Below are positions 45,109 to 53,980 of a stretch of 64,000 bases of DNA, one piece after another. Origin of the DNA: a virus; IMG/VR virus record IMGVR_UViG_3300027850_000002, positions 111,416 through 175,415 of that record; one strand, 5' to 3'. How positions within the stretch are numbered: position 1 is the stretch's first letter; every line of letters begins with the position of its first letter. The notes beneath the pieces were generated by a model that saw only the letters and a list, made by a program, of their open reading frames with translations, was not told where the DNA came from and ran no database searches. The translations under genes were made by a program, and so were the position numbers.

Positions 45109-45596
45109 GGCTTGGGCATTGTGGTAAGCATCCCGGCGAGCCACGCTTGGTAGTCGACGATGTTCTTGTAGTCGTCGAAGATGGAGACGACGCGCCGACC
45201 GTTCATCTTCGGCGGAGGTATGTTCTGTAGTGGAATTTGCGGTCCAGGATACGGCGTACGTCCGGAGACGGTCTTTCCATATCGTGCGGCGAACGTCAGG
45301 GTCTTCTGTTCGTAGCGAAAGCTGACGCCGTCCGTTGAGTGTCCAGACAAACAACGAATACATGTGAGCATGTGGTCGTCGTTGATGTAGACGCCTTCAC
45401 GTGCGCGTCCTTTAGACCCGGGGTACAACGTGACAAGGACGCCACACTCCGTGATGCCCTCGACGGGATACATATCGTTGACGTCCATCTGTTCGTAGCT
45501 CGTGACGTAGGTTGCAAGCACTGTATGCGTGAGACTGTCGTGGTCGGGACCACGATCGTAAAAGAACGTCCAACGGTTGCGGCCGAGGGGCTTCAC
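45105..45596 (-). CDS. HC3-type zinc-finger protein
   Basis: DSLTH...TEC...LTCIRC. Confidence 0.6.
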   Translation of the reverse strand: MKPLGRNRWTFFYDRGPDHDSLTHTVLATYVTSYEQMDVNDMYPVEGITECGVLVTLYPGSKGRAREGVYINDDHMLTCIRCLSGHSTDGVSFRYEQKTLTFAARYGKTVSGRTPYPGPQIPLQNIPPPKMNGRRVVSIFDDYKNIVDYQAWLAGMLTTMPKP

Positions 45597-45883
45597 TCCA
45601 CCTGCTCCCGTGTCCCCAAACACTCGAGGCAGTTGATTATGGCTGGTTCGTCGGTTTGCGCGTCGTCCCATGTTTTAGCCAACACGTCTGTGCAGAGGAT
45701 GGTGTAGCCGATGATGACATCGACGTGATCGACGCCGGCACCGAGGATGTTGTCTGCGGATTGCCGTACCAGCACGGCGCCGTGGTGAACGAGCTGCGTC
45801 GCAGGGTCACGCCAGCGAAACGCTGCGGGCAGGAGCAGGATTCGAGGAACGACTCTTCGTGAGTCGAGTTTTCCAAAGCTCAT
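45593..45883 (-). CDS. HC3-type zinc-finger mini-protein
   Basis: DPATQLVH...TILC...INCLEC. Confidence 0.6.
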   Translation of the reverse strand: MSFGKLDSRRVVPRILLLPAAFRWRDPATQLVHHGAVLVRQSADNILGAGVDHVDVIIGYTILCTDVLAKTWDDAQTDEPAIINCLECLGTREQVE

Positions 45884-46062
45884 CACTCCTCCTTGGCCAG
45901 GCACTGTAAGCATGTGCGTACCCGGTCGCCTTGTTGAACTTCGTCGCTGCCGAACGTCTGATCGCACAACGTCAGGTAGGCCATCGCGCTGCGGCCCGGA
46001 AACACGATGGCGTGCACGAGGCCTGTGCTATCGACGACCGACCAGATGGTTCGGGCCGTCAT
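45883..46062 (-). CDS. HC3-type zinc-finger mini-protein
   Basis: DSTGLVH...TLC...RTCLQC. Confidence 0.65.
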   Translation of the reverse strand: MTARTIWSVVDSTGLVHAIVFPGRSAMAYLTLCDQTFGSDEVQQGDRVRTCLQCLAKEE

Positions 46063-46229
46063 CGCAGGCATTCAGGCTTCACCATCTCCTTGACGGTGTC
46101 GTGCACGCGGTCCTCGTAGCCGTGTGAATAGTTCCACGACCGTTCGAGCTGCCACGCGCCGTAGCTGACGAAGCTGAGAACAATGACCACGACGACGTAG
46201 AACGCCACGGACGGCTTGAAGGTCTTCAC
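46059..46229 (-). CDS. small single-TM protein
   Basis: MKTFKPSVAFYVVVVIVLSFVSYGAW..., coupled on both sides. Not in the ORF track. Confidence 0.55.
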   Translation of the reverse strand: MKTFKPSVAFYVVVVIVLSFVSYGAWQLERSWNYSHGYEDRVHDTVKEMVKPECLR

Positions 46230-46804
46230 GGCTTTTCTTTCTCCTTCTCGAGTTTCTCCTGTTCCTCGTACGCACGCATCAGTGCTTCCTGTTTGAGGCG
46301 CTCGGGCCAGTAGTACTCAGGCGTGTCGTAGTACGAGACCTTCTCTTCAACGACGGGCCGCACATAGTGCTCACGTTGGACATCCTTGTTCTTAGGCCAG
46401 TCTTCCCAAGCGCTGTCCTCTATCTCGTCTTGATCGAAGTACCACTCCATCCGCGCGTCGATGAGCTTCTGCTTCGCAGCGGGCGATAACCCTGTCATGC
46501 ACTGGCCGCCGGCCTTCATGTCGGGGAAGAAGTTCTCCTCCAGGTCGTTCCAAAGCTGTTCGTAGATCCAACCCTCGCACGCGAAGTGATCGCGGATCTC
46601 GACACACAACAAGCACGTCTTGAACGAATCGGGTCGACCGTCCCAGACGCTGGTAGCGTAGTCGTACTTCGTGCCTGCGGAGATGACCTCACGGCATTCA
46701 CCGCATACATGCTCCTTGCGGGCCTTGCGTACCGTTCGTGACGAACACGTCGGGCCTTCGCCGTCGTTGCCTTGAAGCGGACAGCAGACGATGTCACCCA
46801 TCAC
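46226..46804 (-). CDS. phage protein with zinc-ribbon (RKARKEH.C.EC...C..C)
   Basis: Common phage motif. Confidence 0.6.
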   Translation of the reverse strand: MMGDIVCCPLQGNDGEGPTCSSRTVRKARKEHVCGECREVISAGTKYDYATSVWDGRPDSFKTCLLCVEIRDHFACEGWIYEQLWNDLEENFFPDMKAGGQCMTGLSPAAKQKLIDARMEWYFDQDEIEDSAWEDWPKNKDVQREHYVRPVVEEKVSYYDTPEYYWPERLKQEALMRAYEEQEKLEKEKEKP

Positions 46805-46959
46805 AGCACCCAGTAGATGGGTTCAAGACCAATACACGCGAAGCATGTCAACGGACCGTCCACGGTGTCCCATGTTCGGGTGAGCTGACTCTCGTTGCAC
46901 AACGAGAGATGGTGACGAGGCCGTTCAATGTGAACAAGCCCGTCACCACCTGAGTGCAC
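46801..46959 (-). CDS. HC3-type zinc-finger mini-protein (start uncertain)
   Basis: DGLVH...SLC...LTCFAC. Confidence 0.5.
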   Translation of the reverse strand: MHSGGDGLVHIERPRHHLSLCNESQLTRTWDTVDGPLTCFACIGLEPIYWVL

Positions 46960-46997
46960 GGAAAGCGTTACGTAGTCGAACCGAGGTTGCGTGAGAC

Positions 46998-47243
46998 CTA
47001 CGGTGCTGCGTCCTTCGCAATCTTGTTGAGGGCTGAAACGTCGATCGGACGAGCCACGCGACGCGGCATCATCTTGAGCTTGACGCCTTCCTTGCGGAGG
47101 CGCGTCGACATTGCCGACACTGTGTTGCGGGAGAGGCCCGTCGCGGCCACCACCTCGGCGATGTTCGTCGCCTTCTGCCAGTTCTTCACAAAGGCCTCGT
47201 AAGCGTACGGGGCCGTCTTGGTCTTTCCATTCATCTTGGTCAT
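46998..47243 (-). CDS. HTH DNA-binding protein
   Basis: NIAEVVAATGLSRNTVSAMSTRLRKEGV. TTGACG -35 at 47273-47278. Confidence 0.65.
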   Translation of the reverse strand: MTKMNGKTKTAPYAYEAFVKNWQKATNIAEVVAATGLSRNTVSAMSTRLRKEGVKLKMMPRRVARPIDVSALNKIAKDAAP

Positions 47244-47313
47244 ATTGCTTTTCTGGCATGGCTCGGCACCTCCGTCAAGAGTCTAGTCAGTTCAATAAAC
47301 ACAGCTCGACAGT

Positions 47314-47517
47314 TCAGAACTCGCCCCACGGCCTTTCAACCAGGCAGCGAAAGCATGTGGTAGGTCCGAACTCGTAGTACACGGGCGACTTTGTACGGCC
47401 CATCCCGCATACAGTGGTGCCCCGAGAATTAGCACGGTGCATGAGGTCGTCGTGACCAGCCACATAGCCGTAGCGCCAGAGTCGGCGTTCAGCATCGAAG
47501 TCGACTATATCCCTCAG
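47314..47517 (-). CDS. HC3-type zinc-finger mini-protein (start uncertain)
   Basis: DDLMH...TVC...TTCFRC. Confidence 0.5.
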   Translation of the reverse strand: MRDIVDFDAERRLWRYGYVAGHDDLMHRANSRGTTVCGMGRTKSPVYYEFGPTTCFRCLVERPWGEF

Positions 47518-47732
47518 GTTGTTGGATCTTTCGTCCAATCGTGCATCGTAACGCCGGCAGCGCAGCCCATGCACGAGACCGGCAACGAGGTGACTGACGA
47601 CATCGCGAAGCCCCAGCCGCATGTGAACCAGGGCCACTCAGATTTGTTGTCCCGTTCGTTGGTCTCGCCGATATGGACAAGGCCGGTCGTGCGGTCGAGG
47701 AAGTGGTTATTGATGAGTGTTGGCGTTGGCAC
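47514..47732 (-). CDS. HC3-type zinc-finger mini-protein
   Basis: DRTTGLVH...FTC...VSCMGC. Confidence 0.6.
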   Translation of the reverse strand: MPTPTLINNHFLDRTTGLVHIGETNERDNKSEWPWFTCGWGFAMSSVTSLPVSCMGCAAGVTMHDWTKDPTT

Positions 47733-48126
47733 GTACCTCTCCTTCCCGTGCGATGCACTGCAGGCAGTTGACGGTCACTTCGTGGCTGAGAATACATTCG
47801 GCGTCGACACTCTCGTAGTCGCAGAACCGCATCCAGTGATCAATGCCGTCCCGAGTGTTGATGCCGGCGGAGTGCGTGAGCTGCTCGCGGCCAAGCGCAC
47901 GCCACTGGCGATAGGGTTCGTGAACGATGGGTGCGACCAAGAAGACCTGCGAGATGAACAAGAGGCGGCTCATCATCGATGAAGTGGTCGGCGACCAAGG
48001 CCCGACCTTGTTCTTGGTCATCTCGTCGACAGGCTGTCCGATCATCGGCTTGAGCGCGTCCCTCAAGTAGTCCGACATCCGTTGATGGATCTTCTTGATC
48101 CGCTTGTTGCGCTGTCGTTTGTTCAT
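47707..48126 (-). CDS. HC3-type zinc-finger protein with basic N-terminus
   Basis: QLTH...RFC...VNCLQC. Confidence 0.55.
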   Translation of the reverse strand: MNKRQRNKRIKKIHQRMSDYLRDALKPMIGQPVDEMTKNKVGPWSPTTSSMMSRLLFISQVFLVAPIVHEPYRQWRALGREQLTHSAGINTRDGIDHWMRFCDYESVDAECILSHEVTVNCLQCIAREGEVRANANTHQ

Positions 48127-48602
48127 TCGTGTTCCGCCGCGATGCACTGAAGGCACGACAGGATGGGCGGGTCCTTGGGCAAGTACATGAAGCATGTGAC
48201 TGTGGTCGTTTGCGGGCACTGCCACAGGAACAGCATCCCACACAAGAGAACGCCGGCCTGTTCAGCGAACGGCCACACCTGGACACGGTGAGCGAGGTCC
48301 GTGTTGGCGTCGGCGACAATGAACGGACGCTTGGTTTCGTTGCCTCGTAGCGGACTCTCTTGAATCTCGAGCGACTCGTCCTCGACCTCGGTGGTGTAGA
48401 GGCGGTGGCACAACATGAAGTCGTCGTTCTCGTAGGCGTCAGCGATAGCGCGTCGAACATCGGCGTCGGACACTTCGTCCTCGATGTTATTCATGATGAT
48501 TTCGGCACGCGCCTCCCGGGCGTCTTCAAGGGAGGCCCACGTGGTCACGTTTTCTCCGTGCCGATGCTTGTAGTGCAGCACGTACGTGTACTGCTTCATC
48601 AT
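48123..48602 (-). CDS. two-part protein with C-terminal HC3-type zinc finger
   Basis: DANTDLAH...LLC...LSCLQC. Confidence 0.6.
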   Translation of the reverse strand: MMKQYTYVLHYKHRHGENVTTWASLEDAREARAEIIMNNIEDEVSDADVRRAIADAYENDDFMLCHRLYTTEVEDESLEIQESPLRGNETKRPFIVADANTDLAHRVQVWPFAEQAGVLLCGMLFLWQCPQTTTVTCFMYLPKDPPILSCLQCIAAEHE

Positions 48603-48907
48603 CCGAAGCTCCCGACGCTGAGGCATTGCAGGCAGGTTGGAATCTCACGCACGTGGTACTCGACGATTTGGAATCGAGGCGAGCTGTGGGTCATCGTCAC
48701 GGCGGGAAGGGTGGAGCCGTGCCAATAGATGCCGCGCTGGTTGATTCCGTCGAATTGCTCGACCTTCGGGTGACATGCCGTCGAAACGTGCAGCGTGCAA
48801 AGCTTGTCTTCATCGTCAAAGAACCGCGCAACCATCGAATTGTGCAGGAGGCCCATGTCATCGCGGCAGACCCAGTGGTCGCGTTTGTTACGGGACGTCA
48901 CAGACAC
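48599..48907 (-). CDS. HC3-type zinc-finger mini-protein
   Basis: DDMGLLH...TAC...PTCLQC. Confidence 0.6.
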   Translation of the reverse strand: MSVTSRNKRDHWVCRDDMGLLHNSMVARFFDDEDKLCTLHVSTACHPKVEQFDGINQRGIYWHGSTLPAVTMTHSSPRFQIVEYHVREIPTCLQCLSVGSFG

Positions 48908-48908
48908 G

Positions 48909-49121
48909 TCAATGCCACGCGCCGCACGAACACGGGCCACTACGGACATCGCACGACTGCCCACCGTTCGTACCAAGCGACGCGTGCTCACCATGGGCGT
49001 CCATCAGACCGAGGTCCATCGCGCCGTTGACGAAGCAGCATTGCTGCAGTCCGTTGAAGTCGTGTTTGTGTTTCTCGGGGTGATTCTTGATATCGAGCAT
49101 CTTGGCTTGTCGCGCATTCAT
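48909..49121 (-). CDS. small Cys/His-rich protein
   Basis: CC...H...CDV..GPCSCGAWH. Confidence 0.55.
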   Translation of the reverse strand: MNARQAKMLDIKNHPEKHKHDFNGLQQCCFVNGAMDLGLMDAHGEHASLGTNGGQSCDVRSGPCSCGAWH

Positions 49122-49286
49122 CGTCGATAACTCTCCCGAAGCTCCCGGTGCAGCGCTTGTTCGTCATGAGCATGTACACGAGGTCGTAGGCCGCGTCGTA
49201 CATCGCGTTCGGGCGGGCTTTGACCTCGGAGGTCGAGATTGTATCGCCTGTCACGATGACGAGCTTGATGCGTGGTTTGTAGGCCA

Positions 49287-49592
49287 CTACGTCATCGCTC
49301 CGGTTGTGAGGTTGAGGCTGTACAGCTTGTAGATCTCGGGTTGATACAACGTCGCGTTGACGCTGCACACGTGCTGCTTGCACAGTGCATAATTGGTCCA
49401 GGCCCCGGTCGACACCTTGAGCCCGAACGGATCGTTGGCCAGCTCCTCCGGTGTCCATGTGATTGGGTGCGTGCGGTCGAACAACGAATCGAGAACGATC
49501 GTCTCGGCTTCACGTCGGCTGCATGCGCTCACGAGGTAGACGGTCTCGATGTCGTCTTTTTTGTGGATGACCTTCCAGACGTTGAGGGTCAT
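49287..49592 (-). CDS. hypothetical protein
   Basis: Coupled ORF. Confidence 0.5.
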   Translation of the reverse strand: MTLNVWKVIHKKDDIETVYLVSACSRREAETIVLDSLFDRTHPITWTPEELANDPFGLKVSTGAWTNYALCKQHVCSVNATLYQPEIYKLYSLNLTTGAMT

Positions 49593-49804
49593 ACGTACTC
49601 CGGCCAGACAAAGACGTCGTCAGGGAACCCGCCCTTGAGCTGCTTTCGATAGGCACCACCGGCCATGGCCATCGTGCGCCGATACTCGTCGTCGTCCTCG
49701 GTGCACTGGCGCATGGCGGCGGATGCTTCGACCTGTGACTTGAAGGGGCCGCACTTCGCGATGCCGCCACCTCGTGCGAACCATTGCAGTTTCTTTTTCG
49801 CCAT
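49589..49804 (-). CDS. hypothetical protein
   Basis: MAKKKLQWFARGGGIAKCGPFKSQ..., coupled. Confidence 0.55.
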   Translation of the reverse strand: MAKKKLQWFARGGGIAKCGPFKSQVEASAAMRQCTEDDDEYRRTMAMAGGAYRKQLKGGFPDDVFVWPEYV

Positions 49805-50016
49805 CACGCGCTCCCGAAGCGAAACGACTGGAAGCACGGATCGCCGTCTGAATCGCTGATGAAGAACCCGAGCGTCTCAAGACGTTTTTCGTCGGCCGCG
49901 GAGACTTTCCCCGGGTCAATGCCGCAAATGGTCAGAACGTCGTGCTCGCAGTGTGTCGGGTTGCGCGGGTTGCCGTACTTGAGGAAGATGGTGAGCGCTT
50001 CGATGAGGTCCTTCAT
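49804..50016 (-). CDS. conserved phage hypothetical protein
   Basis: MKDLIEALTIFLKYGN..PTHCEHD...SFRFGSA, GGAG SD. Confidence 0.65.
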   Translation of the reverse strand: MKDLIEALTIFLKYGNPRNPTHCEHDVLTICGIDPGKVSAADEKRLETLGFFISDSDGDPCFQSFRFGSA

Positions 50017-50204
50017 GTCTTCTCCATCCGGGCGACGGCGTGGCGTGCGGCGTCGACGTGCGTTTGAGCACTCGCGATGTCGATGCGCGCAGCGTCTCTC
50101 GGCGAACCCGCGAGAGGCGCAGGTAGTCGACGGGAGGCTTCCTTCAAGGCCATCTGCGCCGTCAGCAACAGTCCGTAGATGACGCCGATGTCTTCGTCGC
50201 TCAT
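50013..50204 (-). CDS. hypothetical protein
   Basis: Coupled ORF. Confidence 0.45.
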   Translation of the reverse strand: MSDEDIGVIYGLLLTAQMALKEASRRLPAPLAGSPRDAARIDIASAQTHVDAARHAVARMEKT

Positions 50205-50240
50205 GGCTGGATGCGCTTGTCGAGGTCATCGGGATCGATG

Positions 50241-51581
50241 TCAGACACTGAGCACCTCACTCGTCTGCCGTTCGAGGTCCCAGTGCTTCTCGATGAAGTC
50301 GATGACGAGCTTGGGGTCGACGTTCTTGTTGAACACGATGTTGGGTCCGTGCTTCTCGAGCATCACCGCCTTCACGGGGTATTTGAGGTTGCCGTTGTAG
50401 AGGTCAAAAACTTTCAGCCCGTCGCTCGTGTTCTTGCCGCACTCGTGCGAGCCGCACTCGTGGGCTTCTTGCGACCGCATGGGGATGTCACCACGCACGA
50501 GGTTCTCGTGGCGGTCGCCCTTCATCGGGCAGTGGAAGTGCACGATGCAATCGACGTCCGGATGGTCCGCGAAGATGATGCGCTGACTCTGGCCGCCGAC
50601 CGAGGGCTTCGCACCCATGGCGATCACGTTGTCGTCGCCTTTGGCGAGCACCATCACCATACCGACCTTGTCCAGCTCGTTGAAGTTCACGCCGCGCCGA
50701 GACGTCACGAACACGCCGTTGTCGACCTTGAACGCGAAGTGTCCGACGGTCTTACCGTTGAACGGCTTGTACGCACCGCGCTTGATGCAGTGGTCGACGA
50801 CGGTGCGTAGCGACGCAGGAACGGTCTCGCCGGTCCACGTGACAGGCTCACCTTCACGAACCTCGCTGCGTGTGAAGTGTCCCTTCGACCGATCAACCGC
50901 CATCGACACCAGGCCGTTGATCGCCGAGCGTCGGTCGTAGGTCATGTAGTACGGCGCCTGCTCGGGCGTGACGACCATGTTCATGCGGGTCTCGAGGTCG
51001 TTGGCGAGCACGAGGTTGCATGACGCCTTCTTCACGAGGTTCAGGCCGGCGTCGAACTGCTGTTCGGGGGTGGCGCCGGTCGTCGTCTTGAAGCCGACGA
51101 GGAAGATGTCCTTGCGGGTGCGTCGGACCTTCTGGATGACCTTCTCGGACGGACGGAGGTTGAGCCCGTACTCGTGCGCCGAGGACAAGCGTGAGTACGC
51201 CTTGCCGATGTCACGAAGCTTCTCGCCCATCGACCACAGCCCGTCGATGGACTCGACCTCGAAGTCACACAGCGCCGCCGGCAAGATGATGACCTTGGGC
51301 TTAGGGTCGGTGCACAGCTCGTTGAGCAGAGCTGCGATGTCTTCGTTGGTCTCGAGGTTCTTGGGCTCGACATCGTCACGCCCCGTACGCGCCGACCAGA
51401 TCGAATGACGGTTGCCCGCCATCTTCGTCGTGTACGAGTGGACGAGGCCGTCGAAGTTGTTCTGGTACAGCGCCTCCTCGATGTCACGCACGACCTTGCC
51501 GTACGCAGGAGCCGAGAGCGCGAGATGCGGACGGATGTGGAACACGGTTCCGCCGCCGATGATGTGGACGGGCTTGTTCAT
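50241..51581 (-). CDS. CoaB (phosphopantothenate-cysteine ligase)-like domain fused to class II aldolase/adducin-like domain
   Basis: IGGGT..HIRPH.ALS, PAALCDF, LVGFK, VLANDL (CoaB-like). FVTSRRG, KPSV, IVHFH, LEKHG (aldolase II-like). Confidence 0.7.
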   Translation of the reverse strand: MNKPVHIIGGGTVFHIRPHLALSAPAYGKVVRDIEEALYQNNFDGLVHSYTTKMAGNRHSIWSARTGRDDVEPKNLETNEDIAALLNELCTDPKPKVIILPAALCDFEVESIDGLWSMGEKLRDIGKAYSRLSSAHEYGLNLRPSEKVIQKVRRTRKDIFLVGFKTTTGATPEQQFDAGLNLVKKASCNLVLANDLETRMNMVVTPEQAPYYMTYDRRSAINGLVSMAVDRSKGHFTRSEVREGEPVTWTGETVPASLRTVVDHCIKRGAYKPFNGKTVGHFAFKVDNGVFVTSRRGVNFNELDKVGMVMVLAKGDDNVIAMGAKPSVGGQSQRIIFADHPDVDCIVHFHCPMKGDRHENLVRGDIPMRSQEAHECGSHECGKNTSDGLKVFDLYNGNLKYPVKAVMLEKHGPNIVFNKNVDPKLVIDFIEKHWDLERQTSEVLSV

Positions 51582-51790
51582 GGTGTTTCCTTGTGAGCGT
51601 GTGCATCGCAGCGCACGCAGATCTTCTTCTTGCGTCCGCCGGTCTGGCGGAACCAGTGCCATTCGTGGGAGCCGAGCCTGCACAGAAGCTGCCCAGCGAC
51701 GTACGACGCGAGCTGCGGTGCTCGCCGGACGTAGTCATGCCAGCGCAGACCTTCTTCGATGCCTGCTCGATAGTCGCGCGAGGGGCGCAT
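51578..51790 (-). CDS. DUF1660-like zinc-binding small protein
   Basis: LLCRLGSHEW...CVRC. Confidence 0.55.
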   Translation of the reverse strand: MRPSRDYRAGIEEGLRWHDYVRRAPQLASYVAGQLLCRLGSHEWHWFRQTGGRKKKICVRCDAHAHKETP

Positions 51791-51966
51791 TACTCCTCCG
51801 GTTCGATGGGCTCGCTCGCCTCGTAGTTGGGGTCGGTGAGAACTTCGGGACGGAAGCACTTCAGCTTCTCGTCGATGCATTCGTTGCAGACGCGTGCGAG
51901 GGGAATGCCGCGAGCGTCGTTCTCCCACCACGAGCCGTCACCCTTAGTGTGCTGATGCGCCGTCAT
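51790..51966 (-). CDS. small phage protein
   Basis: DARGIPLARVC..C....FRPEVLTDPNY. Not in the ORF track. Confidence 0.55.
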   Translation of the reverse strand: MTAHQHTKGDGSWWENDARGIPLARVCNECIDEKLKCFRPEVLTDPNYEASEPIEPEE

Positions 51967-52011
51967 GCCGAAGCCTTTCGTTCGTATTTTGACGTTCGTA
52001 TTTCTACGTCT

Positions 52012-52239
52012 TTACGTCATGGAGATGTTTGTTTGACAGACCTCTCTTGCTTTCCCTGTCTCAAAGCGCAGACTCCCCTTGTGTTGGTTGCGTTCATCCA
52101 GGCGAACCGCACCATCCTCATTGAGCGTGCGCAAGAACGCCTCATTGAGCGTGCGCAAGAACGCCTCATTGAGCGTGCGCAACGCGCCCCACATGCCGTA
52201 GGTGTTTGCGATGCGGGTGTAGCGCTTCGTCGGTTTCAC
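52012..52239 (-). CDS. hypothetical protein with LRTLNEAF repeat
   Basis: In-frame tandem repeat. Confidence 0.4.
   Translation of the reverse strand: MKPTKRYTRIANTYGMWGALRTLNEAFLRTLNEAFLRTLNEDGAVRLDERNQHKGSLRFETGKAREVCQTNISMT
52116..52182. repeat. 24-bp perfect tandem repeat, ~2.8 copies
   Basis: Unit cctcattgagcgtgcgcaagaacg at 52116 and 52140, partial at 52164. Confidence 0.9.
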
Positions 52240-52547
52240 GCGGCATCGGCCTTGGCCTTTGCATCGAGCTTGACTCGAACCCGTCGAAGCTTTGCATAGA
52301 GCGCGGGGTCCTCGCTCTCATGCATGAGCGACGGATTGGGGTCGCGGCCTTCCATGTCGCAGTCTTCGCAGAACGAGTTGTCACCGTTGTTCCACGAGCC
52401 GCACAGATCGTGGGTCTGGTCGGTGTTGGGCGAATACCAGATCGAGTACTGCACGTCGTGCGAGCCACAGACTCGACAACAACAGAAGTCCGTGTCAGGC
52501 GCCGTCGTCGTCTTCGACTTCTTTTTCTTCTTCTTCAATGTAGCCAC
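52236..52547 (-). CDS. zinc-ribbon protein with poly-Lys N-terminus
   Basis: CRVCGS.DV...FCEDC, AAGGAGG SD. Confidence 0.6.
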   Translation of the reverse strand: MATLKKKKKKSKTTTAPDTDFCCCRVCGSHDVQYSIWYSPNTDQTHDLCGSWNNGDNSFCEDCDMEGRDPNPSLMHESEDPALYAKLRRVRVKLDAKAKADAA

Positions 52548-52583
52548 GTTCGTACGCCTCCTTGGCGATGTTGAAACCGAACT

Positions 52584-52715
52584 TCACGTTCTCGAGGGGT
52601 GGCCTGTGACCTCGAGAAGGGTGAGATCACACTCCGTGATGATGATGGGTTGATGTTCCGGTGTTTCGTAGATGATGTGGACGAGACCGTCATCGTCGCA
52701 GTTGAACTGGTTCAT
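52584..52715 (-). pseudogene. truncated HC3-type zinc-finger copy
   Basis: MNQFNCDDDGLVH...ITEC... stops before the CxxC. Confidence 0.45.
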
Positions 52716-52951
52716 GGTTCAGGCCCTTGTTCGTTCGGTGAACGAACGCCCCATTGAAACCATTGAAGCCCCGAACCATCGGAGCCGCCGATGCACCAGA
52801 AGCACGTCGGCACCGCGTTGCGATCGTAATGTTGGTCCATCGTGGCAGCTCCGAAGCTGCCCTTGCAGACCGAAAGGCTCAGGCTCTTAACGTCGCGCAG
52901 GTGTACGACCGGGTCGGGTCCTTTGATGCGGGTGTAGTCGGTGTACTTCAC
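52712..52951 (-). CDS. HC3-type zinc-finger mini-protein
   Basis: DPVVH...SVC...PTCFWC. Confidence 0.6.
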   Translation of the reverse strand: MKYTDYTRIKGPDPVVHLRDVKSLSLSVCKGSFGAATMDQHYDRNAVPTCFWCIGGSDGSGLQWFQWGVRSPNEQGPEP

Positions 52952-53199
52952 TTCCAGAAACTCCTCCCTGAGAGGCACCAGAGACATGTGACGGGTGCGA
53001 GCGTCTCGACCATACGGTGGTCGATCAAGCACACCGTCATACCGAGGTGGTTGGCGGTCACCTGTTGACTGCTCTCGTGAACGACGCCGTTGTCGTCAGC
53101 CCAGTGCCACGACAGACCCGCGCCAAGTCGTTGCGAGAGCACAGAGCCTTGCTCGCTCGTCGGTAGAGGTGTGTGTGGTGTAAACGTTCGACGCTTCAT
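52948..53199 (-). CDS. HC3-type zinc-finger mini-protein
   Basis: DDNGVVH...TVC...VTCLWC. Confidence 0.65.
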   Translation of the reverse strand: MKRRTFTPHTPLPTSEQGSVLSQRLGAGLSWHWADDNGVVHESSQQVTANHLGMTVCLIDHRMVETLAPVTCLWCLSGRSFWK

Positions 53200-53438
53200 G
53201 GTTCGAACTCTTTTGCCAAACACTGGAGGCAAGTTACGAAACCGTTGAACAGGTGCGGCGGTTTGTTGGTGCGAGATGTGGTGACTATCACCTCGTAGAG
53301 GCCGCAAAGCGTGACCCAGGTGACCGATTCTTCTTCGAAGACATTGTGAAGAACTCCGTGACGAAGACCGTGAAGACTCCAGACCTTGCCTTCGAGGTAC
53401 ATGAGCTGCCACCCACGATCGACGGCCGCGTGCCTCAC
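53196..53438 (-). CDS. HC3-type zinc-finger mini-protein
   Basis: GLRH/GVLH...TLC...VTCLQC. Confidence 0.6.
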   Translation of the reverse strand: MRHAAVDRGWQLMYLEGKVWSLHGLRHGVLHNVFEEESVTWVTLCGLYEVIVTTSRTNKPPHLFNGFVTCLQCLAKEFEP

Positions 53439-53980
53439 GACGTTTCGATCTCAATCAGTGGTCGACCGTAACCCTGCCACTCCTTCACACAGTCTTCGCA
53501 CGTGATGACAGCCTCCTTAGTCGTACGCAGTCGTCGTGTGGATGCACCACACATTGTGTAGTTCGTGTCGACGATACCGATGTGAACTGTACCAGGACGT
53601 CCTGCGCTCATATGTGGGTACTGGAGCAGACGAGCTATATCACTCGGTCCAAGCGTGTACGCTTTGTCGGTAGGCGGATTGGCGTAACGCCAATGACGCG
53701 GGTTGATACATGTAGCCAAACCACACGTGTTCTCGAGAAACAGACGGCGGATGCCAACACCGTCATTGTCCCAACACCAAAGCAATCGGGCGACAACGAA
53801 CTGTACCGAGACCTCGGCCGGCGGCGTCCACGGAAAGATGGCGATCGGTCCTGCACCATCGTCATGGAACTCAGCGAGCCAATACCAGTGGTTCGGTGTG
53901 ACCTCCACGAAGGGGTCAACCAGCTCACGGGGAGGGATCACAACCGTACGTCCGAAATGTCCAGGTAACCGGATACCCAT
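53435..53980 (-). CDS. degenerate HNH (His-Cys zinc-loop) domain plus HC3-type zinc finger
   Basis: VARLLW...CGLATCINPRHW, then GTVH...TMC...ITCEDC. Confidence 0.6.
   Translation of the reverse strand: MGIRLPGHFGRTVVIPPRELVDPFVEVTPNHWYWLAEFHDDGAGPIAIFPWTPPAEVSVQFVVARLLWCWDNDGVGIRRLFLENTCGLATCINPRHWRYANPPTDKAYTLGPSDIARLLQYPHMSAGRPGTVHIGIVDTNYTMCGASTRRLRTTKEAVITCEDCVKEWQGYGRPLIEIETS

Noticed and set aside
48988-49458. ORF overlapping the 48909-49121 gene
   Set aside because: Its middle part may be a real small gene filling 49121-49290, but start and end cannot be fixed and it overlaps neighbours extensively.
52116-52182. Mini-CRISPR
   Set aside because: Repeats are directly adjacent with no spacers.
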